Positions 17,632 to 27,967 of a stretch of 64,000 bases of DNA are shown one piece after another; position 1 is the stretch's first letter, and every line of letters begins with the position of its first letter. Origin of the DNA: Ignavibacteria bacterium UBA2360 (GTDB lineage Bacteria > Bacteroidota > Ignavibacteria > Tepidaquicellales > OLB5); NCBI GenBank assembly GCA_002344125.1, contig DDTQ01000012.1, forward strand, positions 424,763-488,762. Direction: 5' to 3'. Below the pieces are notes generated by a model. That model saw nothing but the letters and a program-made list of their open reading frames with translations, was not told the DNA's origin and did no database searches. The position numbers and the translations under genes were made by a program.

Positions 17632-17795
17632 CAAATTTCCCCCCTTTGACGGGGAACGATCACTACGGGCTGGAGAAATACCCCGATCATTCACCGAACT
17701 ATTCTACCGTAAATCATCGAGGGGGATGTTCCATCAGAATTAACAAAAAAAAGACCCAACTGTCTATGCCAGTCGGGCCGGGTCGTCTCTACAAA
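17632..17795 (+). repeat. Conserved downstream element, copy B
   Basis: Aligned by eye to 14913..15119. The first hairpin shows compensatory changes (TTCCCC/GGGGAA versus ATCCTC/GAGGAT). Confidence 0.6.
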
Positions 17796-17898
17796 GCCTT
17801 GACAGCTTGTCATACACCTGCCTGCAGTAAGGCAGGGGCAAAGGCTTGTATCTTATGTTGCCTTAATTATCAAATAAGGATTTTCACAATAAACCTCT

Positions 17899-18588
17899 TT
17901 AATGACATATCACCTCAGTATCCGGCTTATGCTCCAGCTTTGGGCTTAAATAAGGTATCCCAAGGTTCAATCCGCGAAGTATAAATATTATAGCCAGAAC
18001 AATAGATAGCGCAGGAAGAAGCCTTGTTAACTTTTGCCGTAAATTAATGTTAATTGCGCTGCCTATCAGTGATGTACCAAGCATAACCGGAAGTGTGCCC
18101 AGACCGAACATAGCCATGAACAGCATACCATTCAATGTACTTCCAACCGCTATTGCGCCTGTAATGCCTATATAAACAAAGCCGCAGGGCAGCAAACCGT
18201 TTAGCAAACCTATAACAAGCATAGAAGATATTGTATGCGTTTTGAGCATCCTTCCGAAATACATTTTCAGTATTCCTATCGGTTTGTACAATCCCAGGCT
18301 GTTAGATACCCTGATCCTGTAAGATACAGGAGTAATGACCGTTAGAATTATGAGGATGCCGAGTGAAATGGAAATTATCCTCTGCAGCCCGAACATTTCA
18401 AGCCTTGAACCAAGCAGACCGAACAGCAGACCCAGCATTGAATAGGTGATAATTCTGCCAAAATTGTAGATCAATCTTGAGCTAACAGGATTATTTGTCT
18501 TTGGAAGGGCAATGGCTATCGGCCCACACATCCCAATGCAGTGAAAACTTCCCAGCAAACCGACTAAAAATCCTGTTAATAATTCCAT
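17899..18588 (-). CDS. TauE/SafE-like membrane protein of the cbb3 assembly cluster
   Basis: 229 aa, multi-TM, N-terminal GSFHCIGMCGPIA motif; last gene of the cco cluster. Confidence 0.7.
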   Translation of the reverse strand: MELLTGFLVGLLGSFHCIGMCGPIAIALPKTNNPVSSRLIYNFGRIITYSMLGLLFGLLGSRLEMFGLQRIISISLGILIILTVITPVSYRIRVSNSLGLYKPIGILKMYFGRMLKTHTISSMLVIGLLNGLLPCGFVYIGITGAIAVGSTLNGMLFMAMFGLGTLPVMLGTSLIGSAININLRQKLTRLLPALSIVLAIIFILRGLNLGIPYLSPKLEHKPDTEVICH

Positions 18589-18643
18589 CTCTGTTATTTT
18601 TTTATCCTGTTTCCTAAACTCCCGTTTGGGAAACTAAATATAT

Positions 18644-19075
18644 TCACTGTATCATGATCTTTTCTTCGTTAAAATAATCTTTCCCGTCCATTGCCCAGTT
18701 TATCTGTACTTTCCACAATCCTTTATGCAGATTATCGGTGCTTAGCACCTGCTTCATTTCTGCTGTAGGTTCAACATTTATTTTAAAATCACTCTTTGCG
18801 TCAGAAGGTTTGTAAAAAGAGATCTCACCGGTTACATCTTTCCTTCCCGCAGGATAGTTGATTATTATCTCTCTGCCGTTAAATTCTACTTTCACTCCTT
18901 CTTCAAGAGAGTTTGTTCTGTTGATCTTATCTATCTGCTCTTGGTACTTCAACTCTTTTTCGTAGTAATTGTTTGTAACCAGGTCTATATTCCTTGTCAT
19001 CGATCTGTAAACCATTACTCCAATACCAAGAAAAAATACAATGAATACAACTACAATTCCTTTTCCCCAGCTCAT
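18644..19075 (-). CDS. fixH: FixH family protein
   Basis: 143 aa; N-terminal TM then …DLVTNNYYEKELKYQEQID… typical of FixH; lies after ccoG. Confidence 0.8.
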   Translation of the reverse strand: MSWGKGIVVVFIVFFLGIGVMVYRSMTRNIDLVTNNYYEKELKYQEQIDKINRTNSLEEGVKVEFNGREIIINYPAGRKDVTGEISFYKPSDAKSDFKINVEPTAEMKQVLSTDNLHKGLWKVQINWAMDGKDYFNEEKIMIQ

Positions 19076-19094
19076 AACTTCACCTTTTTTCTCT

Positions 19095-20513
19095 TTAATT
19101 AATTTGTGGAGCGGGCCCTAAAAAATTGATCTTCACAAGCTCAAATCTATTTTCACCGCTGTATAGCCCTATTTCCAGCGGAATGTTCATAGTTGTAAGT
19201 GAGCTCTTAGGAAGCAGCACAAGAAACTTAGTTTCTGAAACATCATTTGAGCCTGCTTTTATATCATTACCAATGACCTTTAACTCACCCTCACGGTTTT
19301 CCAGTTTAAGCGTTACCGGAACCTCATTAAATGTCTTATTGGTGAGTTTCATCGTGTATAAATTACTTATCTTGTTATCAGGCTGTTCCTGGAAGATCAT
19401 TCCCGGGGCCCTTAATATAGTTACATCGATCGGTTTTCTCGTTGAAACCAGGTATGTTAATACACCCATCAATATTACCAGTACTGCGGAATAAGCCACT
19501 ACTCTTGCGGTCACCCTGAACTTTGTTTTATTCCTGATGTTATTTTCCGATGCAAATCTTATTAATCCGCGCGGTTTGCCTATCTTATCCATTATGCTGT
19601 CACAAGAATCAATACATGCTGTGCAATTAACGCATTCCAGCTGCGTACCGTTCCTTATATCTATAGCTGTAGGACATACTGCCATACATTCTTTGCAGTC
19701 AATACAGTCACCGTTGGTTCTTTCTTCGCCTTTATGAATTTTTCCCCTTGGCTCTCCGCGTACATAGTCATATGCTATCACTGTGGAATTTTTATCAAGC
19801 AATACCCCCTGAAGTCTGCCGTAGGGACAAACATAGATACACGCATATTCTCTGAAATAAACAAATACAAAATAAAATACACCCGAAAAGATAAGCATGG
19901 CAATAAAACCGCCCAGGTGCATTTGAACAGGTTCTGTGACGATCTTTACAAGCTCATCGGTCCCGATTATCCATGCCAGAAAAGTATTTGCTATCAATAC
20001 TGAAAGTCCGAAAAAGATCCCCCATTTCGTCATTTTTTTAAATATCTTTGAAGCTGTCCATGGCGCGGCATTAAGGTTCTTCTGTTTAATGTAGTCGCCT
20101 TCAAACAGGAATTCAATTTTCCTGAATACCATTTCAAGAAATATTGTTTGCGGGCATGCCCATCCGCAGAAAACCCTGCCAAATATCGCCGTAAAAAGAA
20201 TGATCGAAACTACCAGCGTTATAAATCCTAGGGCAAGAATAAAAAAATCGTGTGTGCCGAAAACCTGCCCGAATAAAATGAACTTTCTGTCCACAATATT
20301 AAGCATCATAAAGGGATGACCGTCTATTTTAATTAGCGGCATCCCGAAAAGAAAAGCAAGCAAAACTAAACTGAATATAGTTCTTGCATTGTAAAATCTG
20401 CCTTTGGGTTTCTTCGGGTAAATGTTCTTTCTTTTACCGTCATCTGTAATAATACCTAAATGATCCCTGAAAGAGTCTGTTTCCGTATTTGTTAATGTAC
20501 TTTGCGTTTGCAT
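19095..20513 (-). CDS. ccoG: Cytochrome c oxidase accessory protein CcoG (4Fe-4S)
   Basis: CGWACPQ, CIYVCPYGRLQ, CIDCKECMAVCP and CVNCTACIDSC motifs. Confidence 0.9.
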   Translation of the reverse strand: MQTQSTLTNTETDSFRDHLGIITDDGKRKNIYPKKPKGRFYNARTIFSLVLLAFLFGMPLIKIDGHPFMMLNIVDRKFILFGQVFGTHDFFILALGFITLVVSIILFTAIFGRVFCGWACPQTIFLEMVFRKIEFLFEGDYIKQKNLNAAPWTASKIFKKMTKWGIFFGLSVLIANTFLAWIIGTDELVKIVTEPVQMHLGGFIAMLIFSGVFYFVFVYFREYACIYVCPYGRLQGVLLDKNSTVIAYDYVRGEPRGKIHKGEERTNGDCIDCKECMAVCPTAIDIRNGTQLECVNCTACIDSCDSIMDKIGKPRGLIRFASENNIRNKTKFRVTARVVAYSAVLVILMGVLTYLVSTRKPIDVTILRAPGMIFQEQPDNKISNLYTMKLTNKTFNEVPVTLKLENREGELKVIGNDIKAGSNDVSETKFLVLLPKSSLTTMNIPLEIGLYSGENRFELVKINFLGPAPQIN

Positions 20514-20588
20514 AAAATTGAACCGCTGCTCTTGGTTAAATTTTCCCTGCTGCAGGATGAATTGCAGCAGGGAATTTAAATATAAATA

Positions 20589-21533
20589 TTACTTTATTGT
20601 ATCCTTTTTGATCTTGCTTGAATCTGATTTCTGTTTAACTGAATCAGTTTTAACTTTGCTGCTGTCTGTGATCTTAAGTGAGTCATTACCGGTTGTCTTA
20701 ACCGAATCGACCCAAATATTACCTTCAGGCGGCTTGCCTGTAGCCGGTTTGGTACCCTGCAGGCTTAAAACATAACTGCTTACCTGTTGAATCTGTTTTG
20801 GTGTAAGCAGTGTTTTCCATGATATCATACCTTTTGCCGGTACTCCGTTTGATACCGTCATGAATACATTTTTAATGCCGCCGCCGTGTATCCAGTTCTG
20901 GTCAGTCAGGTTTGGTCCTACTGTTCCGCCGCCATCCGGTCCGTGGCAGGGTGTGCAGTTCACATTCCATATCTGTTTGCCTTTTTCAAGGTCTGCGGCA
21001 TCCGTCAAGAGTGTTACGTTGTTTTCGTTTATGAATGCGCCTGTCCTTATCAGCTCTTCGCGTTTATCGTTGGCTATTTTTACCTCGTTAAGATATTCAT
21101 CTACCATCACATTCCCTGAGCCAAGTACATGGAAGTCTATCATATAAACTATGGCTATTACAATTGTGCCGTAAAATAACAGGTTAAACCACGGCGGAAC
21201 TGTATTGTTCAATTCCTTGATGCCGTCAAAATCATGATCCAGCATTATATCTTTCTCACGTTCTATCGGCACGCCCCTGTTAAGTACTGCTGATATTTTG
21301 GCAAGGAAAGAATACCTTTCTTTCCTTCTTTCTGCGGAGTAATTATATTTTGGCGAGGAAAGTATAAAAAACAATATGAATAAAAACGCAACAAGCAAAA
21401 ATACCATGGCGCCTGCAAGTTTGGAATATTCATCTGTACCGCTTTCGCTGCCTGTTGTTGCCTGCGCAAATACTCCTGCGTTCAATAGCAGCATTGCGCA
21501 AATTGAAGTTATTGCATTAAGGAAATATCTCAT
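20589..21533 (-). CDS. ccoP: cbb3-type cytochrome c oxidase subunit CcoP (single CxxCH), low-complexity Ser/Lys tail
   Basis: N-terminal HDFDGIKELNNTVPPWF domain; NCTPCHG heme-c site. Confidence 0.85.
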   Translation of the reverse strand: MRYFLNAITSICAMLLLNAGVFAQATTGSESGTDEYSKLAGAMVFLLVAFLFILFFILSSPKYNYSAERRKERYSFLAKISAVLNRGVPIEREKDIMLDHDFDGIKELNNTVPPWFNLLFYGTIVIAIVYMIDFHVLGSGNVMVDEYLNEVKIANDKREELIRTGAFINENNVTLLTDAADLEKGKQIWNVNCTPCHGPDGGGTVGPNLTDQNWIHGGGIKNVFMTVSNGVPAKGMISWKTLLTPKQIQQVSSYVLSLQGTKPATGKPPEGNIWVDSVKTTGNDSLKITDSSKVKTDSVKQKSDSSKIKKDTIK

Positions 21534-21733
21534 TTCACACCTCCTGCGTTTAAATTACTGCTTTTTTCGCTGCTGCTGTCATCCAGCGGGATGTTTTCCA
21601 TCGTGCTGATGTATTTTTTACTTCTGGTAAAGCTCCATACTATTACTCCAAGGAAGAATGCGAAAAATATTATTAAGGCTATTTCCGGGTAAATTTCTAT
21701 TCCTGAAATACTTTGAAGTACTTGTTTGTACAT
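21530..21733 (-). CDS. ccoQ: CcoQ/FixQ-like small membrane subunit
   Basis: 67 aa, single TM (IYPEIALIIFFAFFLGVIVW), …NIPLDD…; ATGA overlap with the ccoP start. Confidence 0.7.
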   Translation of the reverse strand: MYKQVLQSISGIEIYPEIALIIFFAFFLGVIVWSFTRSKKYISTMENIPLDDSSSEKSSNLNAGGVK

Positions 21734-21734
21734 T

Positions 21735-23870
21735 TTACTTTACCTCCTTCATATCGGCGGTTTTGTTGCCCTTAATATCTGTGCCTAATCTCTGCAGGTA
21801 TGCAATCAACGCGACTATTTCTTTTTCAGGTGTAACAGGCGCGCCGTTCTTTTGAAGATCTGCTGCTATTTCCAGTGCCTGTTTCATCAGTTCTTCGTTT
21901 GCGATCTTTTCATAACCGGCAGGGTAGGGTACGCCAATTGATCTTAAAGCGTTTATCTTATCTTCTGTGGTGCTCATATCAAGTTCGTCCTCAAGCAGCC
22001 ATGCGTATGCCGGCATTAACGAACCCGGCGATATTTGCTGCGGATCCTGCATATGCAGGTAATGCCATATGTTCGGGTATTTCATACCTTCCCTGTGAAG
22101 ATCCGGCCCGGTGCGTTTTGAGCCCCAAAGGAATGGATGATCATAAACATATTCTCCCGCTTTTGAATACTCTCCGTATCTTTCTGTTTCACTGCGGAAA
22201 GGTCTTATCATCTGAGAGTGGCAGTTGTTGCAGCCCTCTCTTATATAAAGATCTCTGCCCTGAAGCTCAAGAGGTGTGTATGGCTTTACGCTGGAAATTG
22301 TAGGTACATTCGATTTCACAAGGAATGTGGGTATAATTTCAATTAAACCGCCTATTAATACCAATACTGTTGCAGCCAGCGCGAATTGTAATGGTTTTCT
22401 TTCAAGCCATCTGTGTTTTGTTTCACCGGGCTCTGCAGTGTTAAGCATTCTTGCCGGTGCTTCAGCGGGTTCTTCGGCCAGCAATGAACCTGCTTTAATT
22501 GTTTTCACAAGGTTATATACACCTATTATTACACCAACAAAATACATTGTTCCGCCAACTGAACGGATAGCGTATAATGGGATCAGGTTGGTTACGGTTT
22601 CAAGGAAGTTGGGATACTGAAGAATTCCTTCCGGTGTGAACTGTTTCCACATTAATGATTGTGTAATACCTGACCAATACATAGGCACTGCGTAAAATAC
22701 TATGCCAAGCGTTCCTATCCAGAAATGGATGTTAGCGAGTTTTTTGGAGTACAGGTTCGTCTTATATATCCTGGGAATAAGCCAGTACAAAATACCGAAT
22801 GTTAAAAATCCGTTCCACCCCAGGGCGCCAACGTGAACATGTGCCACTATCCAGTCAGTGTAATGCGCTATTGCGTTAACATTTTTTAAAGAAAGCATCG
22901 GGCCTTCAAATGTTGCCATACCGTATGCTGTAACAGCAACTACCATGAATTTTAGTATTGGGTCCTCACGGACTTTATCCCATGCCCCGCGAAGTGTTAA
23001 CAAACCGTTTATCATACCGCCCCATGATGGAGCAATAAGCATGATAGAAAATACCGTTCCCAGTGATTGCGCCCAGTCAGGCAGTGCTGTGTAAAGCAGA
23101 TGATGTGGACCTGCCCAAATATAAATGAAGATCAGCGACCAGAAATGGATTATTGAAAGTTTGTATGAATAAACCGGTCTACCTGCGGCTTTTGGCAAAT
23201 AATAATACATTAAGCCTAAGAACGGTGTTGTTAAAAAGAACGCTACGGCATTATGACCGTACCACCATTGAACCAGCGCATCCTGAACTCCGGCGTACAT
23301 TGAGTAACTTTTGAACAGGTTTACCGGTATCTCAATGGAATTAACAATGTGCAGCACTGCGACTGTGACTACGGTCGCTACGTAGAACCAGATCGCAACA
23401 TACATATGCTTCTCCCGGCGTTTCGCTATTGTCCCGAACATGTTGATGGCAAAAACCACCCACACGAGTGCGATCAGGATATCAATAGGCCACTCCAGTT
23501 CAGCATATTCTTTGCTTGTGGTAATACCTAAAGGAAGTGTTAGTGCTGCACTTAAAATTATTGATTGCCAGCCCCAGAAATGGATCTTGCTGAGCAAGTC
23601 GCTGAACATCCTGGCTTTGGTTATTCTTTGAAGTGAATAATAAATACCCATGAACATCGCGTTGCCTACGAATGCGAATATCACGGCGTTTGTGTGTAAA
23701 GGTCTTAACCGGCTGAATGTTGTGTACGGCAGCCCGAAGTTCAAGACCGGCAGATAGATCTGAAATGCTATCAATAATCCTACAAGCATGCCTACTACGC
23801 CCCATACCATGGTGGCGATCGCAAAATTGCGGACTATACGATTATCATAACTGAACTTTTCCATTTCCAT
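21735..23870 (-). CDS. ccoNO: Fused cbb3-type cytochrome c oxidase subunits CcoN-CcoO
   Basis: 711 aa; heme-copper His-rich TM core (HFWSLIFIYIWAGPHH, HVHVGALGW); C-terminal CcoO part with CNNCHS. Confidence 0.95.
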   Translation of the reverse strand: MEMEKFSYDNRIVRNFAIATMVWGVVGMLVGLLIAFQIYLPVLNFGLPYTTFSRLRPLHTNAVIFAFVGNAMFMGIYYSLQRITKARMFSDLLSKIHFWGWQSIILSAALTLPLGITTSKEYAELEWPIDILIALVWVVFAINMFGTIAKRREKHMYVAIWFYVATVVTVAVLHIVNSIEIPVNLFKSYSMYAGVQDALVQWWYGHNAVAFFLTTPFLGLMYYYLPKAAGRPVYSYKLSIIHFWSLIFIYIWAGPHHLLYTALPDWAQSLGTVFSIMLIAPSWGGMINGLLTLRGAWDKVREDPILKFMVVAVTAYGMATFEGPMLSLKNVNAIAHYTDWIVAHVHVGALGWNGFLTFGILYWLIPRIYKTNLYSKKLANIHFWIGTLGIVFYAVPMYWSGITQSLMWKQFTPEGILQYPNFLETVTNLIPLYAIRSVGGTMYFVGVIIGVYNLVKTIKAGSLLAEEPAEAPARMLNTAEPGETKHRWLERKPLQFALAATVLVLIGGLIEIIPTFLVKSNVPTISSVKPYTPLELQGRDLYIREGCNNCHSQMIRPFRSETERYGEYSKAGEYVYDHPFLWGSKRTGPDLHREGMKYPNIWHYLHMQDPQQISPGSLMPAYAWLLEDELDMSTTEDKINALRSIGVPYPAGYEKIANEELMKQALEIAADLQKNGAPVTPEKEIVALIAYLQRLGTDIKGNKTADMKEVK

Positions 23871-23953
23871 AATATGGAATCTCCTTTGTTGAATTAAGTT
23901 TAGTTCGTTTATTTAGGTTTTAATACTTTTTTAAATGATCTCTGAAAATATTA

Positions 23954-25162
23954 TTAAGCTTGTATGATGCCTATTTTTTTCATGCATTTTGTGATTCTCT
24001 CATATGCCAGCTTTATATCGCCATCCAGACCTATCGAAAATCTTACTAATCCCTCTGATAAACCCATTTCTTGCTGCTCATCTTCGGGAATTTCAGAAGA
24101 GGTGCTGTGACCCGGGGAACTGAAAAGCGTTTTGAAATAACCCAGGCTTACTGCAAGGTAACCGACTTTTTCCTGTTGCATCATCTCAAGAAGCGATGCC
24201 GCTCTTTCATAGGTGCCAACATCAATCGCTATCATTCCACTGTACCCAAAGCCTTCATTCCTGATATCTTCTATCAATCTGAAATGTTTACTGCTCTTTA
24301 GGCCCGGGTAAAAAACTTTAAGTCCCAGCTTCTCAAATTTCTCTGCAAGATACATGGCGTTTTCGCCGTGTTTTTTCATTCTGATATGCAGTGTATGAAG
24401 ATTTTTCAGAAGGCTTGCAGCACGCAAACTATCCAGCACAGGTCCCAGCAGCATTGTTGCCCCCGAATTCACATCAGTCAGACTGTCTATAAATTCCTTT
24501 GTTGAACAAATACAGCCTGCTACGCAGTCACTCGAGCCGTTTATGTACTTGGTCATACTGTGTATCACAATATCTGCCCCAAGATGAAGCGGCGAAATTA
24601 CCATCGGACTGAAGGTATTATCAACCACCAGCTTTATATTATGCGCTTTGGCTATTTTGCTTATTGCAGGTATATCTGTTATTTCAAGCAGGGGATTGCT
24701 GACAGATTCAGCATAGATCATTTTGGTTCTTTCCGTTACAGCCAGTTCAACCATTTCCGGTTTCTGCATATCTACAAATTTTACCGTGATGCCAAGCCTG
24801 GGAAGAAAGTTCTTGAAGAAAGCATAAGTGCCGCCGTATATCGTTCTTTCCGATACTATCTCGTCGCCCGCGCTGCATATTTGCAGCGCCGTTGAGCTTA
24901 TTGCCGCCATTCCTGATGATGTAACCTGCGCAGCTTCCGCGTCTTCAAGCCTGGCAAGGGCGTTTGAAAGGAATTTATTTATCGGATTCCAGTGCCTTGA
25001 ATAAAGAAAGCAGCCTTCCATTTCATGCTGAAATGATTCAGCCATCGTTTTCGGGCTCAGGAAAGTAAACGTTGATGAATCTGTGATACTTGGATTCACA
25101 TCCCCGAATTCACCGAACACCAGGTAATCATGTATGTTTGTACTTGGATCGAAATTTCTCAT
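23954..25162 (-). CDS. Cys/Met-metabolism PLP-dependent enzyme (methionine gamma-lyase / sulfhydrylase family)
   Basis: 402 aa; PLP-lysine motif HSMTKYINGSSD; family-typical length. Confidence 0.8.
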   Translation of the reverse strand: MRNFDPSTNIHDYLVFGEFGDVNPSITDSSTFTFLSPKTMAESFQHEMEGCFLYSRHWNPINKFLSNALARLEDAEAAQVTSSGMAAISSTALQICSAGDEIVSERTIYGGTYAFFKNFLPRLGITVKFVDMQKPEMVELAVTERTKMIYAESVSNPLLEITDIPAISKIAKAHNIKLVVDNTFSPMVISPLHLGADIVIHSMTKYINGSSDCVAGCICSTKEFIDSLTDVNSGATMLLGPVLDSLRAASLLKNLHTLHIRMKKHGENAMYLAEKFEKLGLKVFYPGLKSSKHFRLIEDIRNEGFGYSGMIAIDVGTYERAASLLEMMQQEKVGYLAVSLGYFKTLFSSPGHSTSSEIPEDEQQEMGLSEGLVRFSIGLDGDIKLAYERITKCMKKIGIIQA

Positions 25163-25320
25163 TTATTTTTTATACCGTCCGTTTCATCGTCAAATAAAAT
25201 TCTTACTGAAGGAGTGTACCTGTCTTCATATTGCCCTGATCTTACAGCCCATAAAAATGCAGCCAAAAATCCCCCTGCTACCAGAACGCTGAAGAAGATC
25301 AATATTATTATAACTCCCAT
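25159..25320 (-). CDS. ccoS: cbb3 oxidase maturation protein CcoS (53 aa; below the ORF-track cutoff)
   Basis: Own translation MGVIIILIFFSVLVAGGFLAAFLWAVRSGQYEDRYTPSVRILFDDETDGIKNK*. Its start overlaps the ccoI stop (TAATG) and its stop overlaps the next start (ATGA). Confidence 0.85.
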   Translation of the reverse strand: MGVIIILIFFSVLVAGGFLAAFLWAVRSGQYEDRYTPSVRILFDDETDGIKNK

Positions 25321-27764
25321 TATAGTCCTTTCCTTCTTGCCATAATGTTTGTCGCAAGTATCGTAAACAGAACAACCGTTATGGAGCTTGCCGGCATTAA
25401 TATTGCAGCAAGCAAAGGTGAAATTTCTGATTGAAATGCAAGCGTTACCCCCGCTATGTTATATATCACAGAAATCACAAAACTCATTATTATTATCCTT
25501 TTAGTAGCCTTCGCGAAAGCTATCATCTTATCCAGCCGGCTGAACTCACCGGCGTCAAGTATTGCGTCACAGGCTGGTGAAAAATTCGTAACATCCTCGG
25601 ATATTGCTATCCCAACATCGCTCTGCTTCAGCGCGCCCGCATCGTTTAGCCCGTCGCCTATCATAAGTACACGGTGACCCGTTTCCTGCAGCACTTTTAC
25701 ATATTCCAGTTTATCGGCGGGCGACTGGTTGAACCTTATCCTGCCTTCACTACCGAAATACTTCTGAAGGTTTTCTCTTTCGCCTTCGTTATCACCTGAT
25801 AGAACTACTAATTTGAATCTATTCTTCAGTGAAACTATAATATCATCAAGTCCGCTGCGGTAAACATTGTTTACCGCGAAAAATCCTTTTATTGAGCCAT
25901 TGATTGATAAGAATATCCTTGAATCAAGCTTTGAAGTCAGTTTATCATTGTTAAGCAGAACTTTATTGTTATCTGCTGCAAACAGTGCGCTGCCAAGTTT
26001 AATTGTATTTCCTTCTATTATTGCTTCAATGCCTTTACCGGAGTGTTCAGTGAAAGAACTGCAATAAGGTACATCAGTTTCGCTGATAGCTTCATATATT
26101 CTGCTGCTTAAGGGGTGAGTGGAATTCCTCGCCAGAGATTTTACAAGCATTTGCTCCTTGGTGTTAAGCACATTGCCGTTAAATGTAATTTCAGCATCGC
26201 CGGTTTGCGTAATTGTGCCCGTCTTATCAAATACAATTGTATCTATTTTGGAAATTCGCTCTACTACGGATGCATTTTTGGCATAGAATTTATTCCTGCC
26301 AAGCAGCCTTATTGCGTTTCCAAGCGCGAACGGATTGGTTAAGGCTATTCCGCATGGACAGGCAATAATAAGTACTGCGGTGAACGCGTTTATTGCAGTC
26401 CTTAAACTTGATGGATACCAGTAAACAAAAGCCGCTGCGGCTATCATAAGTATTACAATTGTAAAATACTTGCCAACCACGTTTACCAGTGAATTAAACT
26501 TATCTTCATCCTTTTTAATAAAGGTATCTTTGTTCCATAATTGGGTTAAATAGCTTTGTGAAACTGTCCTGATCACTTCAAGCTCAATTGCGCTGCCGCA
26601 TTGCCGGCCTCCGGCATAAACTATCTCGCCGGCTACCTTCGGTACGGGTATCGATTCACCCGTAACAAAGCTGTAATCCAGGTTCGCGTTACCGTTGAAC
26701 ATAATTGCATCTGCGGGAATAAGCTCATTGTTCCTTATAAGGATCCTGTCGCCCTGTTTCAGGTTTGATACCGGGATACTTGTTTCTTTACCTGATTTCT
26801 TTACTGTTACTGAAATTGGGAAGTATGATTTGTAATTTCTTTCAAAGTTCAGCGCATCGTAGGTCTTGCTTTGGAATATCTTGCCGAGCAAAAGGAAAAA
26901 GATCAATCCGGTCATTGAATCAATGAACCCAACACCCGTGTTGGTTACTATCTCAAATGTACTCCTGAAAAACAGAACAAGTAGTCCCAGCACGATCGGG
27001 AAATCAATATTTATACTTCTTTGTTTTATTCCGCTCCAAGCTGATTTGAAATAGTCGCTCGCAGAATAAAAAAGCACGGGCGCGCCCAACAACAGGTTCA
27101 GAAGTCCAAAAAATTGTTTGAAGGAATGCTCAAGAGATCCCACCGGGGCTAGATATTCAGGGAAACTAAGCAGCATTATGTTACCGAAACAGAATCCGGC
27201 TACGCCTATTTTGTAATACAGGCTCTTGTTGGAATGATACTTTACTTTATTCTCTATATCATTCAGGCTGATCTGAGGCTCATATCCTACTGAAACCAAC
27301 AGCTCTACAACCTGCCTCAGCGAAATTTCCGTGTTGTTGAATTTTATGTTAACGGTCTTCTGAACGAAGTTGACTTCGGAGTGGATAATTCCCTTATTAA
27401 GCTTGTAAAGTTTTTCAAGAAGCCATATGCACGATGAGCAATGAACCTGGGGAATGATAAAAGTACAGACGGAAATATTTCCTTCTGTAAAATTTGTAAG
27501 CTGTGTAACAATGTTTGGGTCATCAAGATACGTGTACCTCGAGCCGACCGCACTATTCAGCTTCTTTTGTGATATTCCGGGAGTGTTATCAAGGTCATAG
27601 TAACGGCACAGGTTGTTCTCGTTCAGTATCTCATATACTGTTTTACACCCCGTACAGCAAAAAACCTTGTCACCACTCTGAATATCCAGACCCTTTTTGC
27701 AAACATCACCACAGTGATAGCAAAGAGTCCCTTCCTTTAGGTTTACTTCTTTTGCAATCTGCAT
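25320..27764 (-). CDS. ccoI: Copper-translocating P-type ATPase CcoI/FixI
   Basis: 814 aa; CPC in IIACPCGIAL, DKTGTIT, GDGLNDAGAL; N-terminal Cys-rich metal-binding region. Confidence 0.9.
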   Translation of the reverse strand: MQIAKEVNLKEGTLCYHCGDVCKKGLDIQSGDKVFCCTGCKTVYEILNENNLCRYYDLDNTPGISQKKLNSAVGSRYTYLDDPNIVTQLTNFTEGNISVCTFIIPQVHCSSCIWLLEKLYKLNKGIIHSEVNFVQKTVNIKFNNTEISLRQVVELLVSVGYEPQISLNDIENKVKYHSNKSLYYKIGVAGFCFGNIMLLSFPEYLAPVGSLEHSFKQFFGLLNLLLGAPVLFYSASDYFKSAWSGIKQRSINIDFPIVLGLLVLFFRSTFEIVTNTGVGFIDSMTGLIFFLLLGKIFQSKTYDALNFERNYKSYFPISVTVKKSGKETSIPVSNLKQGDRILIRNNELIPADAIMFNGNANLDYSFVTGESIPVPKVAGEIVYAGGRQCGSAIELEVIRTVSQSYLTQLWNKDTFIKKDEDKFNSLVNVVGKYFTIVILMIAAAAFVYWYPSSLRTAINAFTAVLIIACPCGIALTNPFALGNAIRLLGRNKFYAKNASVVERISKIDTIVFDKTGTITQTGDAEITFNGNVLNTKEQMLVKSLARNSTHPLSSRIYEAISETDVPYCSSFTEHSGKGIEAIIEGNTIKLGSALFAADNNKVLLNNDKLTSKLDSRIFLSINGSIKGFFAVNNVYRSGLDDIIVSLKNRFKLVVLSGDNEGERENLQKYFGSEGRIRFNQSPADKLEYVKVLQETGHRVLMIGDGLNDAGALKQSDVGIAISEDVTNFSPACDAILDAGEFSRLDKMIAFAKATKRIIIMSFVISVIYNIAGVTLAFQSEISPLLAAILMPASSITVVLFTILATNIMARRKGL

Positions 27765-27803
27765 ATTCTGTTACAAAATTAGCCTTAATGGTCATATTTA
27801 AAT

Positions 27804-27817
27804 ATGATTTGCGTCAA
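27804..27817. promoter_or_regulatory. FNR/CRP-type box ATGAT-TTGC-GTCAA upstream of ccoI
   Basis: About 40 nt upstream of the ccoI ATG (27764); 8/10 match to TTGAT-N4-ATCAA. Confidence 0.4.
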
Positions 27818-27825
27818 TGGAAAGT

Positions 27826-27839
27826 ATGATATTTATCAC
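27826..27839. promoter_or_regulatory. Second FNR/CRP-type box ATGAT-ATTT-ATCAC
   Basis: 22 nt from the first box, in the same spacer. Confidence 0.4.
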
Positions 27840-27967
27840 CTAATGAAGATATAATTGCGGTTTTTGAGGCTTTTTTATGAAAGTGAAAACCTTCCCAAAA
27901 TATAAATTTAAATTTTCCATAATTATTAGATTTATATTTTGTTATATTTACTCTATTATTATTAATA

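Noticed and set aside
17622-17984. 120-aa plus-strand ORF
   Set aside because: It lies across the conserved downstream repeat element and overlaps the 3-prime end of the tauE-like gene on the other strand. Its composition is repeat-derived.
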